Shown piece after piece: positions 21,008 through 31,584 of a DNA stretch of 64,000 bases (within the stretch, counting starts at the first letter, position 1; each line of letters begins with the position of its first letter). Origin of the DNA: a virus (lineage: Duplodnaviria > Heunggongvirae > Uroviricota > Caudoviricetes); IMG/VR virus record IMGVR_UViG_3300028805_000045. One strand, given 5' to 3'. The translations under genes and the position numbers were made by a program. The notes under the pieces are model-generated. The model saw only the letters and a list, made by a program, of their open reading frames with translations, did no database searches and was not told where the DNA came from.

Positions 21008-21244
21008 TTATTCTTTATTTTCTTCTTCTTCTTCTTCTAATTTTTCTTCTAGTTTAATTTCAGGTAATCCACCAATAGAAGTTAATAAAGAATATATTGC
21101 TGCAACGCCAGCAGAGCTAAATACCATAGCCCAATTAATTTCACTCATAATTGCTCCTACAGTAATAAGAGAAGCAGCAGTTTGAGCAAAAGTTTTTAGT
21201 GCGCGAACGCCTGCAGCAGCAATCCATTTCTTAAATTTTTCCAT
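21008..21244 (-). CDS. Small membrane protein (holin-like: 2 TM plus an acidic C-terminus)
   Basis: 78 aa with a hydrophobic core and an EEKLEEEEEENKE tail. Confidence 0.45.
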   Translation of the reverse strand: MEKFKKWIAAAGVRALKTFAQTAASLITVGAIMSEINWAMVFSSAGVAAIYSLLTSIGGLPEIKLEEKLEEEEEENKE

Positions 21245-21253
21245 AATATCACC

Positions 21254-21703
21254 TCATTGTTTAGCTCTTAACTCTTCTTCGCTTTCTGGTAAAGCCATTA
21301 TTTCATTATAATAGCGTTCACCCTGTCCATTGCCGCCGAGTTCTTTATGATATACTTCCCATATATTTTCAACTTCTTTTTTTTCGGCAACGGAGGCCCA
21401 TTTCTTTTCAGCTACTAAAATAACTCTCCAATTATGGAGAGTATCGAATAGTTCCATTTTAGTTCCACGCCCTAGAGTTGCTATACGTCCATTAATTTGG
21501 TCTACTCTATTTTCTAAAGAACCAACCTATTTTTTTATAGTGCCAACTTCTGTTTCTAAATTAGTAACGGTAGCATCTATATGATTTATTTGTTCATGGT
21601 TTTTAGTAGAATTTTGAAGAAAAGCTTCAAGTTGTTCATTACGATTTTTCCATTTGTAATAAGCATTAGGAATTTTTTTGAAGAATTCAAGTACCTTGTT
21701 CAT
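21254..21703 (-). CDS. Coiled-coil hypothetical protein with 1 in-frame TAG
   Basis: ORFs 21527..21721 and 21254..21457 join across a TAG. Start is MNKVLEFF behind the SD AGGAGGGG. Confidence 0.4.
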
Positions 21704-21794
21704 ATAATCCCCTCCTAGCAAGGTTATTTCCTTCCTATAAAAAGTAATAATACTGGGGGAGAATTTTGATAAAAAGTTTTTATTAATATTATTA

Positions 21795-21840
21795 AAAATT
21801 TTATAAAAAAATAAAGTGAGTATTTAACTCACTTTATGAT
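21795..21840 (-). terminator. Rho-independent terminator
   Basis: Minus-strand hairpin AAAGTGAGTTAAATACTCACTTT followed by a T-run. Confidence 0.55.
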
Positions 21841-22288
21841 TAGATATTATATAAATAACAGTAGTGTCAATAATATTAGGAATATAAAATATAACATTAC
21901 CTTTTTCAGTTACAGTTCCACATTTTACATAACATTGTTCTTCTGTAGTAATAAAAATTCCATAGACGAAATCTTCATAATCATTATATTTAATTGGCAA
22001 ATTCATTTCTATTGATTCATAGTTTTTTGTTATATATAAAATTAGACTTTCATCAATAGAATAATTATTTCTCCAATTAATTTCAGGCATTGTTTCTTCT
22101 AAAATTTTATAGGGTTCCCAGTATTGTAAATCTAAATTAATTAATTTCTAATCTAAAAAATCAAATTCAATTTCTGGCTAGAAATGATATAATGATCTTA
22201 TAGAAGGAGAAAGAGTTCCTGCAGCATAAGCGTTAAAAGGTATAAATAAAGTAATTAATAATAACATTAAAATAATTAATTTTTTCAT
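21824..22288 (-). CDS. Secreted protein or lipoprotein (signal peptide) with 2 in-frame TAG codons
   Basis: MKKLIILMLLLITLFIPFNAYAAGTLSPSIRSLYHF-TAG-PEIEFDFLD-TAG-KLINLDLQYWEPYKILEETMPEINW joins ORF 21824..22090. Confidence 0.5.
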
Positions 22289-22291
22289 AAA

Positions 22292-23197
22292 TTAATCCTC
22301 CTTGATAATATTATAGGTTTCTTCAACTGTAATTGGTGAATTAGCAATTCCAGTTCTAATGCCAGGAGCATCAAATCGAGTTACATTCATAGTTAAACAA
22401 TTAAGTACGAAGGCGCGTCCAACAAAAGTTATGCCCGTGTCCATATCAATTTTTAACCCACCACGCTTTTCTTTTGCTCCTAGTTTTTCTCCCCAACAAC
22501 ATGGATGAATATTTTTTTCACTTAAATCATTGCCATAAATACCTTTTGGAAGATAAATTGTTGGGGTATGACCATGAATACAAATTCTATCATTAGCCCA
22601 TCCATAGGCAAAATGTTCTCTATCCCAAATTAATTCACGCTCATAAAATATGTCACGGGGCTTGTCGTTATATTCAGCATTATACACTTTTTCAAAAGCT
22701 TCTATTGAACCACCTGCATGACTGAAATCTAAATTTTCATATTTAAAAGTTCGAGGTAAATCTCTTATTTTATCAATAATTTCTTCATCTGCACCATCTA
22801 ATAACCATTCCATTAGAGTAGGTTCACCGCCATTAGATAGATGTAATAGCACCGCTTCATTGCATATATCATTCATAGTACGAATAATTGATTTAGCTCT
22901 ATTTTCATTGCAGGAATGAAGATAATAATATAGTTCATCATTAGCAGAATAACGGCCAATAATAGCGTCAGCAGCATTAACAAACATATCCTCATGATTT
23001 CCATATAGATATACTATCATAGGATCATTAAGTAGTTCTTTCATTATAGTATAACCCTTTGGCCCACGATCAATAGCATCGCCGCCATAAATAATGGTGC
23101 AATTTTCATCTTGTTCTCGACACCATTTACGAATTGCATTAAATAATTCAAGGCGTCCATGAATATCAGTAAAATAAAATACATCGTGCATATCTTT
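22292..23197 (-). CDS. Ser/Thr protein phosphatase (PPP-family metallophosphoesterase, lambda-PPase-like)
   Basis: Start reassigned to MKDMHDVFYFTDIHG. Carries the DIHG...GDAIDRG...GNHE motifs. Confidence 0.75.
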   Translation of the reverse strand, partial: KDMHDVFYFTDIHGRLELFNAIRKWCREQDENCTIIYGGDAIDRGPKGYTIMKELLNDPMIVYLYGNHEDMFVNAADAIIGRYSANDELYYYLHSCNENRAKSIIRTMNDICNEAVLLHLSNGGEPTLMEWLLDGADEEIIDKIRDLPRTFKYENLDFSHAGGSIEAFEKVYNAEYNDKPRDIFYERELIWDREHFAYGWANDRICIHGHTPTIYLPKGIYGNDLSEKNIHPCCWGEKLGAKEKRGGLKIDMDTGITFVGRAFVLNCLTMNVTRFDAPGIRTGIANSPITVEETYNIIKED

Positions 23198-23207
23198 CAT
23201 TCCTTTC

Positions 23208-23244
23208 TTTTTTATTATTATATCATAATTTTTATAGAAAGTCA
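23208..23244 (-). promoter_or_regulatory. Promoter cassette copy upstream of the phosphatase gene
   Basis: Motif match. Confidence 0.5.
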
Positions 23245-23252
23245 AGGAATAA

Positions 23253-25298
23253 TTATAATGAACTTAATTTATTAATAAATTGCTAAAAAGCTGCTAAAAA
23301 GATAATAGTAACTTTTGTCTATGAAGCGCTTTCTGAACCAACAGCTTGCCAGTGTTCTGGTCGAAGTTCTTCGCGATAATATGTTCTGCCAGAGTCTCCA
23401 TGTAGTTTTCCTTCTTTATATTTATTATAAGCTTCATTAGAACTCGGGACATGGATGCTTGCCCTCGCCGCAATTCCAGATTCTACATACTAAGAGGCAG
23501 CGGAAACCGCGTCAGAAACATATGATAATAACATTGAAGCAGGTACGTAAATACCATTTAAATTATATAAATGTATTTGTTTAATATGTGTATTTTTCTA
23601 CGCAACCTAAGCGGCTTCTAGAGCTATGTTATGAACATCATCAAACATTAATAATCCTGCAAATATAGAAAAATAGTCTTCTAATGGGCCCTTGGCTGAT
23701 GCGGCGGCAGCATTAGGAGAAAGGTTAAGAGCTAAGAAATTTAGTAAATCTCTATTAATTACTAATGAAAAATCTTCAATAGAAGCAGTATCCATATAAT
23801 CAATAAAAGAAAGTATATTCATATTTCTCCCATGGAAAGCTCCATCTTTACTTTTCCCTGTTTCAACAGAACTATATAATTTTAAAGTTTCATGGTAAAC
23901 AAATAATTGTTCAGTATCTGAATTTTTTTCTTTTTCAAGTTGTTTTTCTGCTTCTTCAATTAACTAATTAATATTGTTATTCATATCTAATAAGGTTTTT
24001 CTTATATCTCTTAAATTAGACTCAGAATCATCTTTTTTATCTAAAATAACAGAGGATAATTCTTGTCCTATATCTGATATAAGTTGATCATAAAATTCAT
24101 CATTTTGTTCTAATTTATAACCAAAATCATATGTAATTACATCGACAGCAACATTACCTTTAACATTTCTTCCTAAAAGACTTTCAATTAATTCATATAT
24201 GGTTCCATGTTTAGTTTGGGTAGAACCAGATATAGAAAAATTAACTGTCTATAAATCACTATTTAATTTCGTATTTCTTTTTAGACTCTATCTCATTTCT
24301 TTTATTACATTACGAGCGCTTTTTTGTTTTTTATTTCTTGCTGTATAAAGTTTCTAAATTTTTTCCGCTCGCTTATTTAATTCATTAATTTCTGAGGTTT
24401 TGTTAATTCCCAATAATTCTTTAGCATTCTAAACAACTCGTAAAAAATCTATTCCTGCTATATCATTAATGGCTTTTTGAACAGGAGATCGATCCTATTC
24501 TTGCTTTTCTAATTGGTTTATATACTTTTTTTCTATTTCTTCTAATGCAGTATCGGCAATCGTAGATATATCTTTTTTCTTATCATTGAGTTTAATTTCT
24601 TTATCAATTTCTTCTTGTACTCGTGCTTCAATATCTGCTAAAGTAACGGCAGCGATTGCCGCAAAATCTTCCCCTGATTGTATACGAGATGGAATATTCA
24701 TTTTATCTAATATTCTCATAACCATTTGCTATATTTTAACAGAATATTTTTCTTCTGATATATTTTCACTTAAGTTAAAATTACCAGTTAAACGATGTAA
24801 AAACGATTCAATATCTCCAGATAATCTAAACCTATAATCATCTTTTTTATAATTTTCCAAAGTACGTTCATGCTCAAGTATATTAGAGCGAATACGATAT
24901 AATTCTTTTAAATATTTTTCTGTACCACGTCTAGCTTCATTAATTGCAGCAGTAAGCTATGCATAAAATTCATCTGGGTTATTTAAAATTTCTTCTGGGC
25001 CAAATTTATCTAAAAAAGGAAAATCTTTATTAATTTTTTTACTATAAGCTTTTACTACCATAATTTCTTTTTCTCGTTCAGAAACAGCAATATTATAGAG
25101 AAAATCTTTAGCTTGCTTTAATGATTCAACATTTGAAAGGGCTTCTATACCGCCTTTCGCAGCGCTAGTAGCACTATTCCATAAACTTTCTTTTTTTATA
25201 CGAGCTTTTTCAACATTATGACTAGTATTTGTTAAATCGTTAAAATAAGTAAAACCCTGTGCCAAAGCAAAATCAGGTATTCCAAATAACCACGCCAT
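23253..25298 (-). CDS. Large hypothetical protein (about 680 aa, coiled-coil rich) with about 12 in-frame TAG codons
   Basis: Hand-traced frame from MAWLFGIPDFALAQ (SD GGAGGTGA) runs through ORF fragments 24957..25382, 24495..24725 and 23607..23822 to a TAA at 23253. No TAA or TGA occurs in frame. Frame continuity should be rechecked by computer. Confidence 0.4.
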
Positions 25299-25317
25299 AG
25301 CTTCACCTCCAATAAAA

Positions 25318-25342
25318 AAAACGAGCTTATGCTCGTTAAGTA
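25318..25342 (-). terminator. Rho-independent terminator
   Basis: Minus-strand hairpin AACGAGCATAAGCTCGTT followed by T8. Confidence 0.55.
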
Positions 25343-25453
25343 TTTTCAAGTTTATGAATTTTACGCATAATTTTTGCCGCAATTTTCATATTATGAGGAC
25401 CACGACTTAGTAATAGATTATAACGTTGCCGCAGAATGGCGGCTTTTACTTCA

Positions 25454-26401
25454 TTAGTCATCTTTTAATACTCCTTCCATATTTAATAGAGGCATTACAT
25501 TATCAGTACTTACAGTAGGAAGTTTTCCATTCCATTGTTTAATCCAGTAATAATTAATTAGTCCATCGGTTAGAGACTCTGAAATACGCTTATTCATTTC
25601 AGCTTCTTTTTCACCGGCATATAAAGCGGCTTCAGCTTGAATTTTTACTACTTCAAGTTCTGCTTGAGCGGCAATTTTAGCCTTTTCGGCTTCTGCATTA
25701 GCAATAATAACCGCGCGCTTACCAGCAGCTTCTTCTTCCATAGTCATACGTTCTTGTTCAGTTTGCGCTCGCTGCTTTTCTTGAGTAGCTACTTGTTTAG
25801 CTTCAACTGCGGCTTCAAAAGCATCAGTAAAATCTACATTTTCAAGGGCAAGAGAAATTACATTAATACCCTTATCAGTAAGTTCTGTTTTTATAAGTTC
25901 ATAAATTGCGTCAGAAGCAGCTTGACGATTTTCGATTAGATTTTCGGCGGTATAGCGTGCAATTACAATTTTTACATCTTCTTGAATACGAGGAGTTACA
26001 AAAATATTTACATAATCCGTACCAACTTCACGATATAGAATCATAGCAGTAGGCTTATTGATATTAATATTAATTGAGCCTTGAATATCTACTTGCTGAA
26101 TATCTCTGGAAAAAGCTTGTAGACTGAAAGGAACACGCTGTTCACGATTATCCATTTTAATAATATTTTCCCAAGGGGCATGAACGGCTAATCCGGCGTC
26201 GCGAGTTTCATCGTGTACCTTACCAAAGGTGGTTACGATACCAGTATGTCCAGTAGGTACATATGATATGCAAGAAACTACAATTAAAACTATAGATAGA
26301 ACAATTGAGATTGTGCTAATAATACCCTTATATTCTTCAGACATTATTGCGCAAAATAAACCACCTAGTAAAATTAGAACACCAATAACAAATAAAATCA
26401 T
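25454..26401 (-). CDS. SPFH/band-7 (prohibitin/HflC-like) membrane protein
   Basis: N-terminal TM segment plus an SPFH core (TGIVTTFGKVHDE...) and a C-terminal coiled coil. Confidence 0.75.
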   Translation of the reverse strand: MILFVIGVLILLGGLFCAIMSEEYKGIISTISIVLSIVLIVVSCISYVPTGHTGIVTTFGKVHDETRDAGLAVHAPWENIIKMDNREQRVPFSLQAFSRDIQQVDIQGSINININKPTAMILYREVGTDYVNIFVTPRIQEDVKIVIARYTAENLIENRQAASDAIYELIKTELTDKGINVISLALENVDFTDAFEAAVEAKQVATQEKQRAQTEQERMTMEEEAAGKRAVIIANAEAEKAKIAAQAELEVVKIQAEAALYAGEKEAEMNKRISESLTDGLINYYWIKQWNGKLPTVSTDNVMPLLNMEGVLKDD

Positions 26402-26413
26402 TTTAGTCCTCCT

Positions 26414-26788
26414 TTACATACAATCAACAGAATAAGTATCACGAATTTCTTCCCAATCCATTTCTGATAACCCTGAATAGTCGAAATCTGGACGAAGTTC
26501 ATAAATTTGATATTCGCAAGCTTCATTAAGAGCCTCGGCAACCCTGTCTTCATAGATATCATCATAATCTGGATCGTCCGAAGTAATTCCTTCCTCTTGC
26601 ATCTGTTCCCAAACGTCGTTTTCAATTGCTTCCATTATACTACTATATGATTCTATTACTTCGAGTGCAAGTTCAATACCAATACCTTCTGCTTCTTCAT
26701 AGTCAGTACAGTCATGAATTTCCCAATCATACATTCCATGATTAGGACCGTAATTAGCATCATAGCCTACAATTAAATAAGTTTTCAT
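26414..26788 (-). CDS. Acidic hypothetical protein
   Basis: 124-aa ORF. Confidence 0.45.
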   Translation of the reverse strand: MKTYLIVGYDANYGPNHGMYDWEIHDCTDYEEAEGIGIELALEVIESYSSIMEAIENDVWEQMQEEGITSDDPDYDDIYEDRVAEALNEACEYQIYELRPDFDYSGLSEMDWEEIRDTYSVDCM

Positions 26789-26824
26789 ATTTATCTCCTT
26801 AAATGTAAGTAATATTATTATAGA

Positions 26825-27151
26825 TTATTTAATATTTTTTATTTCTCCATAATGTTGAATTTCTTTTTCTATGGTTTTTAAATATTCTTCCTCAACTTTT
26901 TTACTTATAAAATTAAAAAAATTATTTTTTAAACAATAAAGTTCATAAGGACTATTGCAGCCCGCACTTCCATCATTGTTGAAATAGAAGTGCGAGCAAT
27001 TAATACAACCTTTAACTGGCTTTTCTAAAAACTTGTCTCTTTTTTGAATAGCTTCTATATTAGGATGTGTAAAATTATACCAAGAAATTTCAGGAGTCTT
27101 CAATTTCCTGTGCCTCCTCAATATCAGGGGCGGTTGCTTCATCCTTGGCAA
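26825..27151 (-). CDS. Cys-rich hypothetical protein
   Basis: 108-aa ORF. Confidence 0.4.
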   Translation of the reverse strand: MPRMKQPPLILRRHRKLKTPEISWYNFTHPNIEAIQKRDKFLEKPVKGCINCSHFYFNNDGSAGCNSPYELYCLKNNFFNFISKKVEEEYLKTIEKEIQHYGEIKNIK

Positions 27152-28487
27152 TACCTTCCAACACCTTGAAAGAGAAGTTCTTGTGCTTGTACACAGCGAA
27201 GTTAGAACGGTTAAGGATACGGGCCACTACACCTTCGCGCACATGGGTCTTACCGATAGGATCAGGGCCATCGAAATACTTTTCTACCATACGGAGTACG
27301 TATTCACCGGCAGTCATGTTTACAATATCGCCATTATCATCGAGCTTACGCATTTCCTGAGGAATTATGAAAGTCTCAAATTCCATGACGGTATGCACGC
27401 CCATCTGCTCACAACGCTCCTTAATTTGAGTAGGAGAATATTCTACCACGTCGCCATCTTCATTAACCATAGTCATACGATAAACATATACTTCACAACA
27501 AGGAGCCTTGTTAAATTCTACGCCAGGATCAAGGATGTTCTTGGCTTCGTAGCTACCATCCTGCTCACAACCATAAGAGAAAGTAGTTACTGAACCATAT
27601 TGCTTAGTAAATTCAGGGTCTTTTACCTTAGAGTTCTGAACCTGACCCATAATAGGAGCACCATTAGGTCCCTGGAAACCAACGATTTCATAATAAGCAA
27701 CTTCGCCCTTGCGGAGCTTACCATCGAACTTAGCAGCCATAGCTTCACGGAAATCATCAGAGTCATAGAAACCACCAGTACGTTTTCCATCCAGGACTAC
27801 ACGACGAGTACCAGTGATATAACCATACTCCTTATATTCCTTACCATGACGATGGAACAACTTATCAAACCAAGTTTGCTTTACATGCACCAGAGGCAGA
27901 TACCCAGTACGACCAGAAGTGCCGTGCATCTTCAAAGTCAGCTGAACAGTATCACCAGGCTTAAAAGCATTAAGGTTATAAGCCAATTGAGCAGTATCAA
28001 CGTGTTCATAGAAGGTAGGTGCGATGTTGGCCTTAGCCTTCTTAGCAGCCTTAGATCCAGGTGCACCAGGAGTACGAGTCATCTTAGGGATATACTTCTG
28101 GCAGATCAGTTCTCCATTCAGAGTATCAATAGTGTCTCCAACCTTCAGATCAGAAATCTTGCAGAAATCAGCTAAAGAAGTCAATGGCATATAAAGTCCA
28201 TCAGACTTTTCACCGCGAAGCTTAAGAGCCTTAATATTACGCTTATCGGGATCAAGATAACCGCCGCATTGCTTGCCATTTTCATCCTTGCGACGAACAA
28301 GGTCATTTACTTGGCAATAGCGTTCAGATAACTGCCCATCAACAGGAAAATAAATTCCGATGTCTCCAACTTTAGTATTTAAGCTAACGATGGTATCATT
28401 TCCAAAGAAAGTTGCTATTTGTAGACGATCAGCATTAGAATGCTTACGTAGATGTTCAACTCTTACAACAAAACCAGTATAAGACAT
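27090..28487 (-). CDS. ATP-dependent RNA ligase-like protein (N-terminal OB-like domain plus nucleotidyltransferase with a KxHG motif; Rnl2/Rnl5-like)
   Basis: 465 aa. LKMHGTSGRTG is motif I of the KxHG type. An upstream KSDGL segment and a C-terminal NTase fold are also present. Confidence 0.55.
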   Translation of the reverse strand: MSYTGFVVRVEHLRKHSNADRLQIATFFGNDTIVSLNTKVGDIGIYFPVDGQLSERYCQVNDLVRRKDENGKQCGGYLDPDKRNIKALKLRGEKSDGLYMPLTSLADFCKISDLKVGDTIDTLNGELICQKYIPKMTRTPGAPGSKAAKKAKANIAPTFYEHVDTAQLAYNLNAFKPGDTVQLTLKMHGTSGRTGYLPLVHVKQTWFDKLFHRHGKEYKEYGYITGTRRVVLDGKRTGGFYDSDDFREAMAAKFDGKLRKGEVAYYEIVGFQGPNGAPIMGQVQNSKVKDPEFTKQYGSVTTFSYGCEQDGSYEAKNILDPGVEFNKAPCCEVYVYRMTMVNEDGDVVEYSPTQIKERCEQMGVHTVMEFETFIIPQEMRKLDDNGDIVNMTAGEYVLRMVEKYFDGPDPIGKTHVREGVVARILNRSNFAVYKHKNFSFKVLEGIAKDEATAPDIEEAQEIEDS

Positions 28488-28504
28488 ATTTTTTCATTCC
28501 TTTC

Positions 28505-28687
28505 TTAACTATATAAGTCATATCCACTTAATTCGATATCTCCATAAATATCATAACCAATATGTTCTATTTCTGCGCGACCATTAATAGGATAGCCTAC
28601 ACTATCTAGAATATATTCAATGAAAATTTCAACTTTTTTATCATCCGGATAGTGATTAAGCTGTTCACGTAATTCTTTTACAGTCAT
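28505..28687 (-). CDS. Hypothetical protein
   Basis: 60-aa ORF downstream of a promoter cassette. Confidence 0.4.
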   Translation of the reverse strand: MTVKELREQLNHYPDDKKVEIFIEYILDSVGYPINGRAEIEHIGYDIYGDIELSGYDLYS

Positions 28688-28699
28688 TATTATTTCCTC

Positions 28700-28738
28700 T
28701 TTATGAAATAATTATAGCATAATTTTAATTTTAAGTCA
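28700..28738 (-). promoter_or_regulatory. Promoter cassette copy
   Basis: TTGACT-N17-TATAAT. Confidence 0.55.
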
Positions 28739-28978
28739 ATTTTCTGAAGAAATAAACTTTATTATTTTAGAATTATAATATTTATAATTCCAATCTAAAG
28801 TATTAATAATTTGTTTTTCATTTAATTTAATTGGAATCCATTGTGCTGGTTTGCCACATTTTGGACATAAAATTTCTTTAATATAATATTGATTAGACTT
28901 CAATGAATTTATAACTCCATCCACAATCTTCGTCGTTCCATACAAAATATGCTCCTTTTGAATGATCGGCATGTTCAC
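28736..28978 (-). CDS. Hypothetical Zn-ribbon protein (overlaps the next ORF)
   Basis: 80-aa ORF with CPKCGK. Confidence 0.3.
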   Translation of the reverse strand: MNMPIIQKEHILYGTTKIVDGVINSLKSNQYYIKEILCPKCGKPAQWIPIKLNEKQIINTLDWNYKYYNSKIIKFISSEN

Positions 28979-29099
28979 AAATCATTAAATATCCATCATT
29001 AAATGAAGTTGTCCATTCTATTCTTTCAATCATATATACTTCATTTAATAGATAATCTTGCGCGGTATCTAGAAGCCAATCTTTATATTCGTTAGACAT
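28893..29099 (-). CDS. Hypothetical protein
   Basis: 68-aa ORF. Confidence 0.4.
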   Translation of the reverse strand: MSNEYKDWLLDTAQDYLLNEVYMIERIEWTTSFNDGYLMICEHADHSKGAYFVWNDEDCGWSYKFIEV

Positions 29100-29318
29100 T
29101 TATTTCTCCTTAATATAATCTAAAATAGTTTTTAAAGCCTTGCCTAATTCAACATATTCTTCGGTTTGCTTAATATAAGTTGAATCGCGGCCAGCCGCTT
29201 GTTTTAGAATAGCATATTCTTTTTCGACTGTATTCAATCTATCAAAGAGTTCTCGCTGTTGCTTAAGATATTTATCTTTAGCATCGTTATAACCAACAAT
29301 ATAGTTATCATCATCCAT
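29100..29318 (-). CDS. Hypothetical protein
   Basis: 72-aa ORF. Confidence 0.4.
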   Translation of the reverse strand: MDDDNYIVGYNDAKDKYLKQQRELFDRLNTVEKEYAILKQAAGRDSTYIKQTEEYVELGKALKTILDYIKEK

Positions 29319-29587
29319 TAATACAAATCCTCCGAAAATAATTCAGTCGGTAAATTAGTTTTAGGAACAATTTGATTACAATTACAAGCTTCATTATAGG
29401 CTTGAATTCGTGTCATAAATTCATCATGTTCATTTAAAAAACCTTGCTGTAAAATATTATAATCTTTATTTAGCTTATAACCAAATTCTTTTAAAATATA
29501 AAAAGCATCACAATGTCGATGGACAGGAATAATTATTTCTTTATTTTGACGTAAATCCTCAATTTTTACTGCCGCCCGCGTTATCAT
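29318..29587 (-). CDS. Hypothetical protein
   Basis: 89-aa ORF. Confidence 0.4.
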   Translation of the reverse strand: MITRAAVKIEDLRQNKEIIIPVHRHCDAFYILKEFGYKLNKDYNILQQGFLNEHDEFMTRIQAYNEACNCNQIVPKTNLPTELFSEDLY

Positions 29588-29834
29588 TTAATACTCCTTT
29601 CAGAAGGAAAAATTCAGAATGACTACCTACATCATACCAAGTAACATTTTCTTTAAACTGTTCATCAAAATCAGTCCAAGTACGAGTATAATGTACTTTA
29701 AATTTTTTATCTTCTGGTTTTCCTTTATTACAAGTACGAATAAAGGCATCAATAGCAGTATGAACTTCTTTAGAGTTTTTACACCGAGCAATTTCACGGC
29801 GGTCTCCATAGCGATTTTCAAAATATAGAACCAT
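29559..29834 (-). CDS. Hypothetical protein
   Basis: 91-aa ORF. Confidence 0.4.
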   Translation of the reverse strand: MVLYFENRYGDRREIARCKNSKEVHTAIDAFIRTCNKGKPEDKKFKVHYTRTWTDFDEQFKENVTWYDVGSHSEFFLLKGVLNDNAGGSKN

Positions 29835-29843
29835 ACTTACACC

Positions 29844-30197
29844 TCACTTTAATTCACGATTAACGTTATTTAAATGATCACCAATTTTTATTTTATCATA
29901 AATTAGTGGAGTAACATTATACCAAGCTTGATGCTGTCCATCATCACTTTTTACTAATATTGTATAAGAAGCTCCATGATATACAGGGACAGAAATTGAT
30001 TTTCCATTAACTGTTTGAGAACTATAAGAAGTATAAGGAGCATTATAATCTTTATCAATAACATAGCCACTTGTGATAGCAAGTTGTTCTTGATGATTAT
30101 GATAGGCTCCGTAAATAAGAAGGAAGAAAAGTCCAATAACTAAAATTATTCCAATAATAAAGATAAATTCTGGTTTAAAGTGAAATCGTTTTTTCAT
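29844..30197 (-). CDS. Membrane-anchored hypothetical protein
   Basis: 117 aa with an N-terminal TM helix. Confidence 0.45.
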   Translation of the reverse strand: MKKRFHFKPEFIFIIGIILVIGLFFLLIYGAYHNHQEQLAITSGYVIDKDYNAPYTSYSSQTVNGKSISVPVYHGASYTILVKSDDGQHQAWYNVTPLIYDKIKIGDHLNNVNRELK

Positions 30198-30206
30198 TAT
30201 CTCTCC

Positions 30207-30665
30207 TTATTCTTCATCAAATATAAATAATTCAATACCACGGTTTATAAGCGTTTGCCGCTGAGCATCAGTTAAAAAGCCTTCATGATAATAAGTTAAT
30301 TCATCATTGTCTTTATAAACTTTTACATATCCGGTTTGTTCGGCCACACCTTCATAAATTCCAAAACAAGCTAATGCGCAATCGTTATGTTCAAAGTAGC
30401 TGCATCCATAGAATATTCCATCCTTATCTATCCATCCATATGGAGAGTCAGATTTACTTAGATAATATTTTCGTTCAACAGTTTTCCAATCAGATTCTAT
30501 AATCCCATCATCTTCTGTAATAGTGTGAAAATTCCAACCACCAGAACTATTCTCTATTTTAACACGACATCCTGGTTCATATGGCGGATCGTCTATAATT
30601 TCCCAGTAGCCATTGTCCCAAATATGTCCATTGTCACGTTTTTCTAATATATGTAAAAATTTCAT
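30207..30665 (-). CDS. Hypothetical protein
   Basis: 152-aa ORF. Confidence 0.45.
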   Translation of the reverse strand: MKFLHILEKRDNGHIWDNGYWEIIDDPPYEPGCRVKIENSSGGWNFHTITEDDGIIESDWKTVERKYYLSKSDSPYGWIDKDGIFYGCSYFEHNDCALACFGIYEGVAEQTGYVKVYKDNDELTYYHEGFLTDAQRQTLINRGIELFIFDEE

Positions 30666-31514
30666 TTACTTCACCTTACAATAGTATACAACAGTTTGCT
30701 TTACGCCTTTATATTCTTTATGGTCTTTAACTTTCATCCGAAGATGAATAGTTTTTCCTTCTTCAAAACTCTTGCTTGCAGTAGTCCAAACATACACATT
30801 ACCTTCAGCATCTTCCATAATATGCATATGAGACTCACCGTAAGAAGAAGAAACCGCAATATTGCGTTTAATTATTACGTCATGTTCGAGCCAGCTATCT
30901 TTTTCTCCCTGATATTGGCTTTTGCTTTCTCCATAAAGCATAGTATAAACAAGTTTACGAACTTCTTCTTTATCACGAATTTGAAGATCTTCTTTATCTT
31001 CTTCATCGCGCACTTGTTCCCATTTAAGGACATGAAGATAAATTTCGTCAGGAATGTTTGCGGGTTCGCGTCCTGCGGGAATAAACCAACCAAAAAGTTC
31101 GTTATACCATATAGTATGTTCAGGAAGTTCAGTACGCCATTCCTGAATTTTATCATTATCGCCCTGAACAATGGTAATATACCCAAGTTCACCGAACCCC
31201 AAACTATTACGAGCGGCAAATTTAATACGACGAGCTTCATCTTTTTCTGCTTTTGCGGCAGCTCGCTTTTCAGCTGCACGGTCCATATTGGCACGCTGAG
31301 CGTCAGTGTACCAACGCACATTCATTGCTTGAATGCCAGAGCCGCGACATTGAAAGCAAATAGTACCATCCATGGGATTATAAGAATAGTGACCAGAACC
31401 GCCACATCGAGGGCACTTGCCTTTTACGCGCACATACATTTTGCCTTCGGATTCAAAAGGTTCACCAACTTGTTCCATGTTTTCATAAGATTTAGCAACT
31501 GCCATCCTAATCAC
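30666..31514 (-). CDS. Zn-ribbon hypothetical protein
   Basis: 282 aa with CPRCGGSG...CFQCRGSG. Confidence 0.45.
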   Translation of the reverse strand: MIRMAVAKSYENMEQVGEPFESEGKMYVRVKGKCPRCGGSGHYSYNPMDGTICFQCRGSGIQAMNVRWYTDAQRANMDRAAEKRAAAKAEKDEARRIKFAARNSLGFGELGYITIVQGDNDKIQEWRTELPEHTIWYNELFGWFIPAGREPANIPDEIYLHVLKWEQVRDEEDKEDLQIRDKEEVRKLVYTMLYGESKSQYQGEKDSWLEHDVIIKRNIAVSSSYGESHMHIMEDAEGNVYVWTTASKSFEEGKTIHLRMKVKDHKEYKGVKQTVVYYCKVK

Positions 31515-31524
31515 TTTCCTTTCC

Positions 31525-31566
31525 CTTTTCTATAAATATTATATCATAATTTTTATAAAAAGACAA
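31525..31566 (-). promoter_or_regulatory. Promoter cassette copy (-35 variant TTGTCT)
   Basis: Motif match. Confidence 0.5.
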
Positions 31567-31584
31567 GTGATTAATTTTTTAAAA

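Noticed and set aside
20951-25382. Longer N-terminal versions of rnhA (MTSSLF...), the phosphatase (MTFYKNYD...), 11906..12238 (MTNYKIHD...) and 24957..25382 (MRQKLCVKF...)
   Set aside because: The extensions overlap the promoter cassette or a terminator hairpin and lack an SD. Internal ATGs with strong SD sequences and the conserved leader were preferred.
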